Assembly: GCA_049115575.1 (NCBI GenBank)
Contig: JAGDZU010000004.1
Coordinates: forward strand, 572,294-636,293
Length of the DNA stretch: 64,000 nucleotides
Reading direction: 5' to 3'
DNA from: Bacteroidia bacterium
Lineage (GTDB): Bacteria; Bacteroidota; Bacteroidia; NS11-12g; UBA9320
Positions 56,801 through 64,000 of this stretch are shown piece after piece. Position 1 is the first letter of the stretch. The number at the start of each line of letters is the position of its first letter. A program made the position numbers and the translations under genes. The notes under the pieces were generated by a model. That model was given only the letters and a program-made list of their open reading frames with translations. It was not told the origin of the DNA and searched no databases.

Positions 56801-58264
56801 GGTATAAGAACTACCATATCCATAAGCATAGATATTATAGTAATAATACGTTCCATTCAAACCGTATAAGATATTGTTATTACAGGTTGAGTTATTAGGA
56901 TAGAAGAAATAAATCCCATAAGAATAACCCCATCCATAATTTGGATCTTGTGTAATGTTGGTTACTGTATTTCTGTCTACATGACCATTACTCATGAAAT
57001 AAGTATAAATACCATATGAAGCATAGTACTTACCGAAAACATTGTCGACAGTGTTGTCTGTAATGTTTCCATTAGAAGTTCTGTACATGAAAATACCAGA
57101 ACCTCTATAGTGATAAGTTTCAATGTGATGTACATTATTGTCAACCACATTTACATTAGATCCGTAGTATACATAAATACCATGAGACTCAGAGTAGTTG
57201 TTACTTGTGCTAACATTTGATACTTCATTGCCTGTAATATCCCAATAGTTGTCAAAGTATACATATATACCTCTCCATCCACCGCTAGTGGTGATATTAT
57301 CAATTACATTGTCTTTAATTACAAATGGAGTTGCTGAACTTCCACTACCATTACAGTTAATACCGTAGAAAAACGAAGTGTTGGTTTTGCTGATATTCTC
57401 TATAGTATTTCCTTCAATATTATGAGTGCCCCAACCAGAAGATAGGATACCATAGAAGCTCGTTGCTGTACTGTGGTTATTTGAGATTGTATTACCACTA
57501 ATGTCTGCATCTGCCACATAATTAGAGCGAATACCACTATACCTCATGTGCATAATGTCGTTATCACTTATTATAGTTCCTCCAGTATAACTAGTAGATC
57601 TATAATCTAAAATCCCGTAGTACATTCCAGTAGTTGCAGTAAGAGAACCACCCCACATTGTGTTATTGTCAATAACACAATTCATACCGTGAGAACCTGT
57701 TGAATGTCCGAGAGTCGCAGATCCACTAAACACCACATATCCTGATGCAGAACTTGTTGGACTTGCATAAGCTGAACTAATCAACTCACAGTTTTCTACA
57801 GTGGTGTAATCAGATGAATTGTGAATCCAAAAACATCTAATTCCCGTTCCAGTTGCTGCAGCATTGTCAACAACTAAATTGTCGAAAGTCATGTAGTCGG
57901 CACCATTTAATTCGATAACCGCACCAGCTGTGCTTCTAGTGATTGTAGCACCATTACCATTAATAGTAATTGTGTTTGTTGAACTTGTTCCGAAGATTAC
58001 ATTGAAAGTTACACTTTCGTTGTAAGATCCTCCAGGAGCTGCTGTAACATTAACAGTCACTGCCCCATTTACGCCATAGGTTTCCAGTGAATCTGATAAG
58101 TCAGAGAAGCTTTGAAAATTTGTTGCACTCGGAGCAGAGCTCGAGTCGACCGTTAAGGTCCCCGAATACTGCGCCATAGCCATGCCCGCTGTAAATAAGA
58201 GAGCTACTAAAGTGGCAACCGTTTTTCGGTTAAAAAGCCAATTCTTGTTGTAAAATTTTTTCAT
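53885..58264 (-). CDS. Very large T9SS-secreted surface protein: right-handed parallel beta-helix repeats + multiple PKD domains + T9SS CTD
   Basis: 1459 aa with a signal peptide. Asn/Tyr/Gly-rich PbH1-like repeats (NNTISNNHST..., GNTIENIS...). At least four PKD signatures (WDFGDG...THxY...G.Y.V.L). The C-terminal INVYPNPSTGVFNLEV...GVYFVQV...ITVSK is a T9SS CTD. Confidence 0.7.
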   Translation of the reverse strand: MKKFYNKNWLFNRKTVATLVALLFTAGMAMAQYSGTLTVDSSSAPSATNFQSFSDLSDSLETYGVNGAVTVNVTAAPGGSYNESVTFNVIFGTSSTNTITINGNGATITRSTAGAVIELNGADYMTFDNLVVDNAAATGTGIRCFWIHNSSDYTTVENCELISSAYASPTSSASGYVVFSGSATLGHSTGSHGMNCVIDNNTMWGGSLTATTGMYYGILDYRSTSYTGGTIISDNDIMHMRYSGIRSNYVADADISGNTISNNHSTATSFYGILSSGWGTHNIEGNTIENISKTNTSFFYGINCNGSGSSATPFVIKDNVIDNITTSGGWRGIYVYFDNYWDITGNEVSNVSTSNNYSESHGIYVYYGSNVNVVDNNVHHIETYHYRGSGIFMYRTSNGNITDNTVDNVFGKYYASYGIYTYFMSNGHVDRNTVTNITQDPNYGWGYSYGIYFFYPNNSTCNNNILYGLNGTYYYYNIYAYGYGSSYTNNTVANNTIDIQNKPDNHIGNIYGIYCAPNNSSEIDLLNNNVLVSYNSSIFSISYRMTTGIEENRMDYNNTSFATTVAPLTYGTVGGTGYTTLAGFNTATGAHNGHNMGYDPEFVDTANGDYTPQSVEMANRGLGNIVTDDVTGASRNTCGVDPGAIEYYTDFSASNFTLSGADRCGGTSDDIVFDVTNSYSDSRSFLRVYYTLNGDQTDEQTDTLFGNSTMTYTFNDMPVYHDPGLNTVTVGILCDDNSANNELTQTFNVVSSPSGGDIVESGTFEGYFNAGNQTNPDIAVPNTTSIYDIVAPTKYGPSGYGTDWDITDNSMTSGGMATTGLGVTVDGSAMTVTVDPDSSLTDSLIYVSFVINDLNTGCDSTVGRWMYVPFTPDVDFDIADVCLGTIATFKNNSQMGGNDFMIYKWNYNDPNSNEDTSEIKNGFWDYSTFGTFDVTLEVRNQSYPKFAYSVTKQITVTPTPNTDFSVINACEGDLIVFNDATTVDIPGAVTYDWDFGDGNGSTAQNPTHLYAAATAQGYDVTLKATQNGCDASVTKKAYQFARPVAGFSTTGACNLEDIQFNNSTTLAIGKAGFTWDFGDNGVSTLSDPTHAYSASGKHTVKLIAYSEFGCEDEVTVEIDLLESPEADFTYDATCNLTPVNFTRTGSVPAGIASDFIWDFNGEGSSTNENPSFLFSEVGSKEVTLTINSVNGCSSTYTEELDVVLQAVADFEVADICEGDEAVFTNKSSVAAGDLSYTWLFGAPDDQGVTTSDHVSPRHRYASTGSTRIVNVTLVAEVAGGCDAELTLPLTINAAPDATFSADVQGRTVVLDAVAGHSIYQWRFGNGGSSTMEDPVYTYNNVDEGEFEICLSVKNDECWNESCDMVSVDLVGVEELTQDNAMINVYPNPSTGVFNLEVVNATDDITIAVSDVLGNQLDVNITDNLNGSFIVDLSNVADGVYFVQVKNGDYYATKRITVSK

Positions 58265-58307
58265 ACGCTTACGTTGATAAATTACGTTTCAATTAATTTA
58301 AGTGCAC

Positions 58308-58315
58308 CAAATTTA
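58308..58315 (-). promoter_or_regulatory. Candidate -7 promoter element (TAaaTTTG on minus strand) for the 1459-aa T9SS gene
   Basis: Plus-strand CAAATTTA is TAAATTTG on the minus strand, about 44 nt upstream of the start codon. A TTTG lies about 19 nt further upstream. Confidence 0.3.
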
Positions 58316-58405
58316 GGAATTTGAATGAATTTCCAAACTTTTTAAAGAGAAAACTCTGGTATTGTTTCAAAAAGTGACATTCCTACCTCACTATTACCTT
58401 CTTTA

Positions 58406-60349
58406 TTACATTACGATTACCTGATCTCTTTTTGTTGTGTCCCTTTTTAAATCAAATAGTTCCAGGTTATTGGCTTTTTCATTTACCATTTCCTGAATTA
58501 GGCCCATTTCAATTGATGGTTTGGTCATGAAACACCTCATAAAAACAAGCTTGTTTTTATGCAAGAAAACACCTTCCATTACTAAATGTATCTCGCCCAT
58601 TTTTTGTTGCAGATTCATGAGGTCAATTGAAATTCTATATTGCTTTTTTATTTTCGAATTGATCAATATGGGTTGGAGTTTAAAGTTATAAAATTTCGAA
58701 TCTAGGATACTCGCACTCTCACCAAAAATGTATGCTTCATGATTAGCTATATAGACTGTTACCATCTTACTTTTATTTCTAAGTGTATATAGCTTGTTTC
58801 CTTGCTGCTTGCTTTGGCTCAAAACTAAAACACCAATGAAAACTAAAGACATAACTGTAGACCCCAAATTTTTCCTTCTCCAGCCAATATAGAAAAGAGC
58901 AATTATTAGATATATTGCTATTGCTTTGTATGCATGTGAAGATGGCAGTTTTAAGGTGGATGCATCAATGTTTTTGATAAATTGATTTATTAAAATAATC
59001 ACATCTAAGTAGGCATCCATAACCCATAAAAGAATATGGTTCAATTGAGGAAGTATTGAACTGGTTAATGTAACCACTATCCCCAAATAGAATTCCACAA
59101 GCATGAGGGGAAGAATTATCAGGTTTGCTACAATTGAAAAGGCAGGTACTTGATTGAAATAGTAAATGCCAAGAGGCGTTGTAAAAACCTGTGCGCTCAG
59201 GCTTACTAATAGAAGTGAGATCATTTTAGACAACAACCAGTCTTGAACCATCATGCGTTTTTTGAGAATTGGATAAAAGATGATAATTCCAAACACAGCA
59301 GCATATGAATATTGAAAACTCAAAGAGAATAGACTTTGTGGGTTACTAAAAACAATAATCATAGAACTCAGGACTATGGAATTCAAAACATAGGAAGATC
59401 TTCCTATCATTTTTCCAAGAAGTACTAAACTAATCATAATGGCTGCTCGTACTGCAGGTGTAGAACACCCTATAAGTATAACGTACAACCAAATAGCCAA
59501 TATTGACAAAACCAATTTGATGCGTTTGAACTTTAGCCAAAACAACAGTCCATTAATCATGAGAAAGACTACCCCTACGTGAAGTCCAGATACAACCAAA
59601 AGATGGACTGTTCCGCTATTAATAAATCCCTGCTTAATTTCTGGATGTAGTGAGGCTTTATCTCCAACTAGCATTGCTTTAACTACCCCAGCCTTTTCTA
59701 GTCCTAAAGAATCAAATACTCTCATTGCTCTTTGACTGAACAGAGAGGTCCTTTCTTCTAGGGATTGCACATTTGATTCTTTGAGTACGTATCTCCGGTC
59801 TGTCAACCAAGCAAAGTATTTTATACCTTCTTTGGCATAGTACTTTTTAGCATTGAAATGATGAGATAACTCTGGAGATAGAAAGGGTTTCAATTGTAGA
59901 TTGGCCATAAGAAAATCCTTCTGACCTAAATCTATATTTATATCATTTGAGTAACACAAGACTCCAAATTCTTGGCTTTGTCTCTCACTATTGAGGATTC
60001 TCCCCTTGGCTTCTAAACGTTGATACTTGCTCTTTGAAGTCTTGTTCTTAAAATCCGTGAGCAAGACAAGAGCGTTTCTTTCTTTTTCTGGAGAGCTTTC
60101 AATGGAGCTATCATACATTAACAGGCCTAATAGAAAGCTGCACAAATAGATGACCACCGATAAACTCAATTGTGCAATTACATTAACCTTCCTTTTAAGG
60201 AAAATATGCATAAGAAGGCTGCTCACACATAAAAGCATACTGAAACCAAATACTAGACTTGAATCATAATGGATGTAGGATGCTAAAGCAATCCCAGTGT
60301 AAAGACTCAGCGCAAAACCTAAAAGAGGTATGCGTTGAGTAATACTCAT
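58406..60349 (-). CDS. comEC: ComEC/Rec2 family competence (DNA internalisation) membrane protein, without C-terminal metallo-beta-lactamase domain
   Basis: Polytopic protein with a DUF4131-like N-terminus and the competence-domain core (LLVVSGLHVGVVFLMI, AAVFGIIIFYP). No HxHxDH motif in the C-terminal region. Confidence 0.7.
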   Translation of the reverse strand: MSITQRIPLLGFALSLYTGIALASYIHYDSSLVFGFSMLLCVSSLLMHIFLKRKVNVIAQLSLSVVIYLCSFLLGLLMYDSSIESSPEKERNALVLLTDFKNKTSKSKYQRLEAKGRILNSERQSQEFGVLCYSNDINIDLGQKDFLMANLQLKPFLSPELSHHFNAKKYYAKEGIKYFAWLTDRRYVLKESNVQSLEERTSLFSQRAMRVFDSLGLEKAGVVKAMLVGDKASLHPEIKQGFINSGTVHLLVVSGLHVGVVFLMINGLLFWLKFKRIKLVLSILAIWLYVILIGCSTPAVRAAIMISLVLLGKMIGRSSYVLNSIVLSSMIIVFSNPQSLFSLSFQYSYAAVFGIIIFYPILKKRMMVQDWLLSKMISLLLVSLSAQVFTTPLGIYYFNQVPAFSIVANLIILPLMLVEFYLGIVVTLTSSILPQLNHILLWVMDAYLDVIILINQFIKNIDASTLKLPSSHAYKAIAIYLIIALFYIGWRRKNLGSTVMSLVFIGVLVLSQSKQQGNKLYTLRNKSKMVTVYIANHEAYIFGESASILDSKFYNFKLQPILINSKIKKQYRISIDLMNLQQKMGEIHLVMEGVFLHKNKLVFMRCFMTKPSIEMGLIQEMVNEKANNLELFDLKRDTTKRDQVIVM

Positions 60350-60961
60350 TTAAGTGGCATACTTTCTATAAAGCAGCGATTTTAATTCGTCTTTGAGATC
60401 TTCGTTTTCCCAATTGAGACGATTCTTGTATTCGTGATATACTTCAAATGCAGCTTCTCTATCTCCAGCTCCATCTATTAGTGAAATAAACTCCTTGTAC
60501 TCTTTTGCATCACCATCAAAAAAATTGTTCTGGAATTCAAAACGCTTACTTATGCTTATGGACTTTGAGATATTGTCGATTGGTTTAGAATTAAATTTTT
60601 CAAATAGAGATACCATTTCAGCTTCATCTTGCATTCTCATATGTATAGATTTAGCTTCTTCTTCCTTCACTTCCGCAGGAGCTTCTATTTTTGGCTCTTC
60701 TTCAAGCACAGGGTTTTCCACTGGTGGTTCTGCTTTTGGTTCCACATTAGCAGTGTTGGACTCGCTCTCGGGTTCCATTTGTGAAACAACTGGAGCACTA
60801 TTGAGTTGATTAATTGCATTATACAAGGCTACACAATGTTGTCTCAATACGGCTAAATCCAACTCAGATAATGCCTCATCGTGTAGGCTTAATCTATTAT
60901 TGTTGATAGCTAAGGATTCCAACAATTCCCCGATGTGTTTATGAATGTCTAATCTGCTCAT
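60350..60961 (-). CDS. Hypothetical protein with acidic Pro/Glu-rich linker
   Basis: 203 aa, immediately upstream of and contiguous with comEC. No recognisable motif. Central PE-rich low-complexity segment. Confidence 0.4.
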   Translation of the reverse strand: MSRLDIHKHIGELLESLAINNNRLSLHDEALSELDLAVLRQHCVALYNAINQLNSAPVVSQMEPESESNTANVEPKAEPPVENPVLEEEPKIEAPAEVKEEEAKSIHMRMQDEAEMVSLFEKFNSKPIDNISKSISISKRFEFQNNFFDGDAKEYKEFISLIDGAGDREAAFEVYHEYKNRLNWENEDLKDELKSLLYRKYAT

Positions 60962-61012
60962 GATAATAAGCTACGAATAAAAAGAAATATTATTACTTTC
61001 GACTATAGGCTT

Positions 61013-61588
61013 ATGCAGACTACACCACCACATTACAAGTCGGATAAAGGTTGGATAGAAGTTATATGTGGGTCCATGTTTTCAGGTAAGACAGAAGAGC
61101 TATTGAGACGGGTTAGGCGGGCTCAACATGCTAAAATAAAATGTATCATTTTCAAACCTGAAATTGATGATCGATATGGTAGCGATAGAGTTCAGAGTCA
61201 CGATAGCAATTTTGAAAAATGTATACCTATAAAAAAGGCCTCTGATATTCATATTCATTTAGATGGGCATCAACTGATAGCCATAGATGAAGTTCAATTC
61301 CTCGACGAAGAAATTATTGAGATAAGCCGCAGTTTAGCTGACCAAAACAAACAAGTCTTATTGGCAGGTTTAGATATGGATGCCAACAGAAAACCATTTG
61401 GCTATATGCCAGCTTTAATGGCGCAAGCTGAACACTTAACTAAACTACATGCTGTATGTTCTAACTGCGGATCTTTGGCAGGCTTTACCGTTAGGTTGTC
61501 TAATGTAAAAGCACAAGTTCAAGTAGGAGGCAAAGAACAATATGATGCACTTTGCAGAGCTTGCTATCTTCAGAGAAGCAAGAAATAG
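61013..61588 (+). CDS. tdk: Thymidine kinase
   Basis: P-loop GSMFSGKTEEL and a C-terminal Cys4 zinc ribbon (CSNCG...CRAC). Confidence 0.9.
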   Translation: MQTTPPHYKSDKGWIEVICGSMFSGKTEELLRRVRRAQHAKIKCIIFKPEIDDRYGSDRVQSHDSNFEKCIPIKKASDIHIHLDGHQLIAIDEVQFLDEEIIEISRSLADQNKQVLLAGLDMDANRKPFGYMPALMAQAEHLTKLHAVCSNCGSLAGFTVRLSNVKAQVQVGGKEQYDALCRACYLQRSKK

Positions 61589-62439
61589 ACTATGGGATAG
61601 ACATAAATCAAGTCTCCGAAAAATCTGTAGAGTTCATTCTTTTTAAAAAATCGGTTAAATACAACTATAAGCACTAGCTGCAAACTCATAGCTATCAAAA
61701 TTAGCCAAGCTGAAAATGGAATGAGATACTGTACATAAACGTAGGTGCAAATGACGATAGCTGCAAGCGCAAATACCACTGACATCCATTTTAACCCATT
61801 TTTCCCAACGAATTTCCCCAAAGAACTCAAGCCGTTCCTTTTATCTAATTCAAAATCAAAATGAGAGAATAACAAAAGATTGGCTAAGTTGATAGCGCCG
61901 TATCCATATATGATGTACACAAGCGAATCCGCATGAATGCTGTCTGATTTGCTCCAGGGTATGTAGGCAAAACAAAGAGTAACTACTAATGCCACACCTA
62001 TTTCTTTAAATGGGAGACTGTGTTTTCTATTTTGAGTGAAAACTCGATTAATAATAAAGTATAGCACAAGAGCACTTAATAGTATGAAACCAAACTTTTG
62101 TGTGGATACAGGTAAAGATGCATAGCTTATTGCTGCTGCAACCAACGAAGCAATGGTTATCAATGCCAATAAAAATCTGTGATACCTATGGTGAAGATAA
62201 TAACGTAAACTTAAGCTGTACTCTTTCCTCTTAAAGCCATCAATAATATGATCCAAGGTATATATAATCCATACAGCCAAAGTGAGTACAATTGCTGTTG
62301 GAATATGAAAACCAGATTGAAATAGTTCGCTAAAAAAAAGATAGTTCAGAGGTGTACCAAGTATAACCCAGATACTGAATGAATTTATGAACTCTACAGA
62401 GGAAAGATTATTAAGATTTCTGTTGTGATGTGTAGGCAA
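61570..62439 (-). CDS. Hypothetical polytopic membrane protein (possibly UbiA-like prenyltransferase fold)
   Basis: About eight TM helices. YTLDHIIDG resembles a D-x-x-x-D prenyltransferase motif, but weakly. The 3' end overlaps tdk by 19 nt (convergent). Confidence 0.4.
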   Translation of the reverse strand: MPTHHNRNLNNLSSVEFINSFSIWVILGTPLNYLFFSELFQSGFHIPTAIVLTLAVWIIYTLDHIIDGFKRKEYSLSLRYYLHHRYHRFLLALITIASLVAAAISYASLPVSTQKFGFILLSALVLYFIINRVFTQNRKHSLPFKEIGVALVVTLCFAYIPWSKSDSIHADSLVYIIYGYGAINLANLLLFSHFDFELDKRNGLSSLGKFVGKNGLKWMSVVFALAAIVICTYVYVQYLIPFSAWLILIAMSLQLVLIVVFNRFFKKNELYRFFGDLIYVYPIVYFLLL

Positions 62440-62443
62440 AACA

Positions 62444-62671
62444 CTAATTCACTGCAACTACTTCTTTGATTTCCGGCAAGGCCCTTTTAATGCTTTCTTC
62501 AACTCCAGCCTTCATGGTAATATGACTTATATCACAGCTTTGACAAGCTCCAAGCAACTTTAATTTCACTACTCCATCTTCTATAGTGACTAACTCCACA
62601 TCTCCGCCATCCGCTTTCAAGAAGGGTCTGATAGATTCTAATGCCTGATTAACCTTGTCTGTTGTTGTCAT
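62444..62671 (-). CDS. NifU-like (Nfu) Fe-S cluster assembly domain protein
   Basis: 75 aa with GACQSC, the CxxC of the NifU C-terminal domain. Confidence 0.8.
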   Translation of the reverse strand: MTTTDKVNQALESIRPFLKADGGDVELVTIEDGVVKLKLLGACQSCDISHITMKAGVEESIKRALPEIKEVVAVN

Positions 62672-62685
62672 TTAGTTCTTCAAAT

Positions 62686-63708
62686 TTAGGCAATTTCGAG
62701 ATTAGCATTAATCACAGACAGTTTACGTGCAACTTCTCCTGCTAATTCTTGATAGTTTGAATCAAGCTCATGCTCTTTCCCTTTCTCGCTTATTGGGATT
62801 TGGGCTAGCAGAGGCAGATTGCACTGTTTCGCCAAGACAGTTCCTCCGTTTTGTCCAAATAGATAGTATTTATCCTCTTTGCCAGATGGTTGGAAATAAC
62901 TCATATTTTCTACTACACCTAATATCTCTTGTTTGAGCTGAGGATTTTGATACATATTAATAGCTTTGCCTGCATCTGCTATGGATAAGTCATCTGGGCT
63001 AGTGACCATAAGCATAGCGGTAACTGGAATTTGCTGAATCAAACTCAAATGCACATCTCCCGTTCCTGGAGGAAGGTCTATGATTAAATAATCCAACTCA
63101 CCCCATAGAACGTCATTTGCAAATTGCTTGAGCGCTGAAGCCAACATGGGTCCTCGCCAAACAATTGCTTGCTCTTTTGGGACCAGAAATCCTATGGACA
63201 TAAGCTTAATGCCGTCTTTATCTATAGGTTGCATCTTTTCTCCCTCCATAATAGGTTGACTTTGCTCCGTCTTGAGTATTACCGGAACTGAAGGTCCGTG
63301 AATATCTGCATCTAGCACTCCTACAGTTGCACCTTGATTGTGCAATGCCTTGGCAAGGTTTACAGCTACAGTAGTTTTACCTACCCCTCCTTTACCTGAG
63401 GCCACTCCGATGATATTCTTCACTCCCACCATTACCTGTTCAGATGCTCGATTACTAGTCACTTGAGATCCAATAGTAATATGAACTTGCATTTCATCAT
63501 CAACCATGGTTTTGATTGCAGTGACACAAGCGTTGTGAAGTACCTCTTTCATGGGGCAAGCTGGTGTAGTTAGGATGAGGTCAAAATGAACCTCTTTACC
63601 TGCAATCTTCAAATTCTGAATCATGTTCAGGCTAACAAGATCCTTTTTTAAATCAGGATCTTCCACGTGAGACAGCGCTTTTAAAATTTTATCTTCTAAT
63701 TCACTCAT
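62686..63708 (-). CDS. apbC: Mrp/NBP35 (ApbC) family Fe-S cluster carrier ATPase
   Basis: An N-terminal DUF59-like region with CPM, the deviant Walker A GKGGVGKTT, and C-terminal CxxC-type motifs. Confidence 0.9.
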   Translation of the reverse strand: MSELEDKILKALSHVEDPDLKKDLVSLNMIQNLKIAGKEVHFDLILTTPACPMKEVLHNACVTAIKTMVDDEMQVHITIGSQVTSNRASEQVMVGVKNIIGVASGKGGVGKTTVAVNLAKALHNQGATVGVLDADIHGPSVPVILKTEQSQPIMEGEKMQPIDKDGIKLMSIGFLVPKEQAIVWRGPMLASALKQFANDVLWGELDYLIIDLPPGTGDVHLSLIQQIPVTAMLMVTSPDDLSIADAGKAINMYQNPQLKQEILGVVENMSYFQPSGKEDKYYLFGQNGGTVLAKQCNLPLLAQIPISEKGKEHELDSNYQELAGEVARKLSVINANLEIA

Positions 63709-64000
63709 GACTTTTTTTTCTTGGTAGAAATCTTTTGTTCATTTTGATGAGAAACCACTTGACGAATTTATGTTCACCTAGAAGAGACCCAATAACAAAA
63801 AGCAATATTTGGTAAAAAATATAAATTACCAAGATCCGAACAAACACGTCCAGCACCACATTATCTATATTTATTCCTAGAACATTGTATACAGATTTAC
63901 GAACCAAAGCAGTAGTGCTCCCCGTAATTGCGAAAATCAAGAATATCCAGAGCATTCTTTGATCCGTTTGAACGTTCCACTTCTTTTTCCATTTATCCCA
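63701..64000 (-). CDS. Hypothetical membrane protein, partial (N-terminus beyond window end)
   Basis: The minus-strand frame stays open from the ORF-track ATG (63955) up to 64000 (...WDKWKKKWNVQTDQRMLWIF...), so the gene starts outside the window. Two TM helices. Overlaps the apbC start by 8 nt. Confidence 0.35.
   Translation of the reverse strand, partial: WDKWKKKWNVQTDQRMLWIFLIFAITGSTTALVRKSVYNVLGINIDNVVLDVFVRILVIYIFYQILLFVIGSLLGEHKFVKWFLIKMNKRFLPRKKSHE

Noticed and set aside
63701-63955. Complete 84-aa small membrane protein (as listed in the ORF track)
   Set aside because: The reading frame stays open upstream of the ATG up to the window edge (64000), so this is more likely the C-terminal part of a longer gene that starts outside the window.
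1-64000. CRISPR arrays, IS elements, prophage, restriction-modification or other recognisable defence islands
   Set aside because: All intergenic gaps are 360 bp or less. No repeat-spacer periodicity, transposase, integrase, nuclease, helicase or methylase clusters were seen.

Overview
This is a densely coding, low-GC chromosomal segment with clear Bacteroidetes hallmarks (Flavobacteriia- or Cytophagia-like). Those hallmarks are several proteins ending in type IX secretion system (T9SS) C-terminal sorting domains, a PorP/SprF-like protein, DUF4476, DUF1684 and DUF4369 proteins, ExbB with an acidic N-terminus, TAnnTTTG promoter motifs, and almost no Shine-Dalgarno sequences. I call about 63 CDS and one tRNA-Ser(GGA). 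I found no rRNA, CRISPR array, transposase, integrase or phage genes.

Main blocks:
- A TetR-regulated fatty-acid beta-oxidation operon (TetR, fused 3-hydroxyacyl-CoA dehydrogenase/enoyl-CoA hydratase, thiolase, and an acyl-CoA dehydrogenase that runs off the window start).
- metK and glmS.
- A PAS histidine kinase with a stand-alone receiver, convergent with a secreted RD/RH-rich DUF4476 protein.
- A fused alpha/beta 2-oxoacid dehydrogenase E1 component.
- Exodeoxyribonuclease III, a DUF1684 lipoprotein, an outer-membrane porin and oligopeptidase B.
- Acetyl-CoA synthetase with a bestrophin homologue, then thioredoxin and rhodanese.
- A TetR-paaABCD phenylacetyl-CoA epoxidase operon, interrupted between paaA and paaB by two paralogous T9SS cargo genes.
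- MarC, an MBOAT acyltransferase with a partner protein, a TlpA-like oxidoreductase, an alkyltransferase-like (ATL) protein and YbaB.
- A five-domain PKD T9SS protein, a polyprenyl synthetase and an ExbB-ExbD-ExbD cluster.
- radA, then a module of ECF sigma factor, a trans-envelope-like putative anti-sigma protein and a T9SS cargo protein.
- panD, a UPF0104 flippase-like protein, a cytidylyltransferase, and a MotB/OmpA-like pair next to tRNA-Ser.
- TatD, an enoyl-CoA hydratase, a 1459-aa beta-helix/PKD T9SS protein, ComEC, thymidine kinase, and the Nfu-Mrp iron-sulfur cluster genes.

I do not see a recognisable defence or mobile system. The most unusual features are the T9SS paralog pair embedded in the paa operon, the sigma/membrane-barrel/T9SS module, the RD-rich DUF4476 secreted protein, and the TM/HhH plus MotB-like pair beside a long non-coding spacer at tRNA-Ser.
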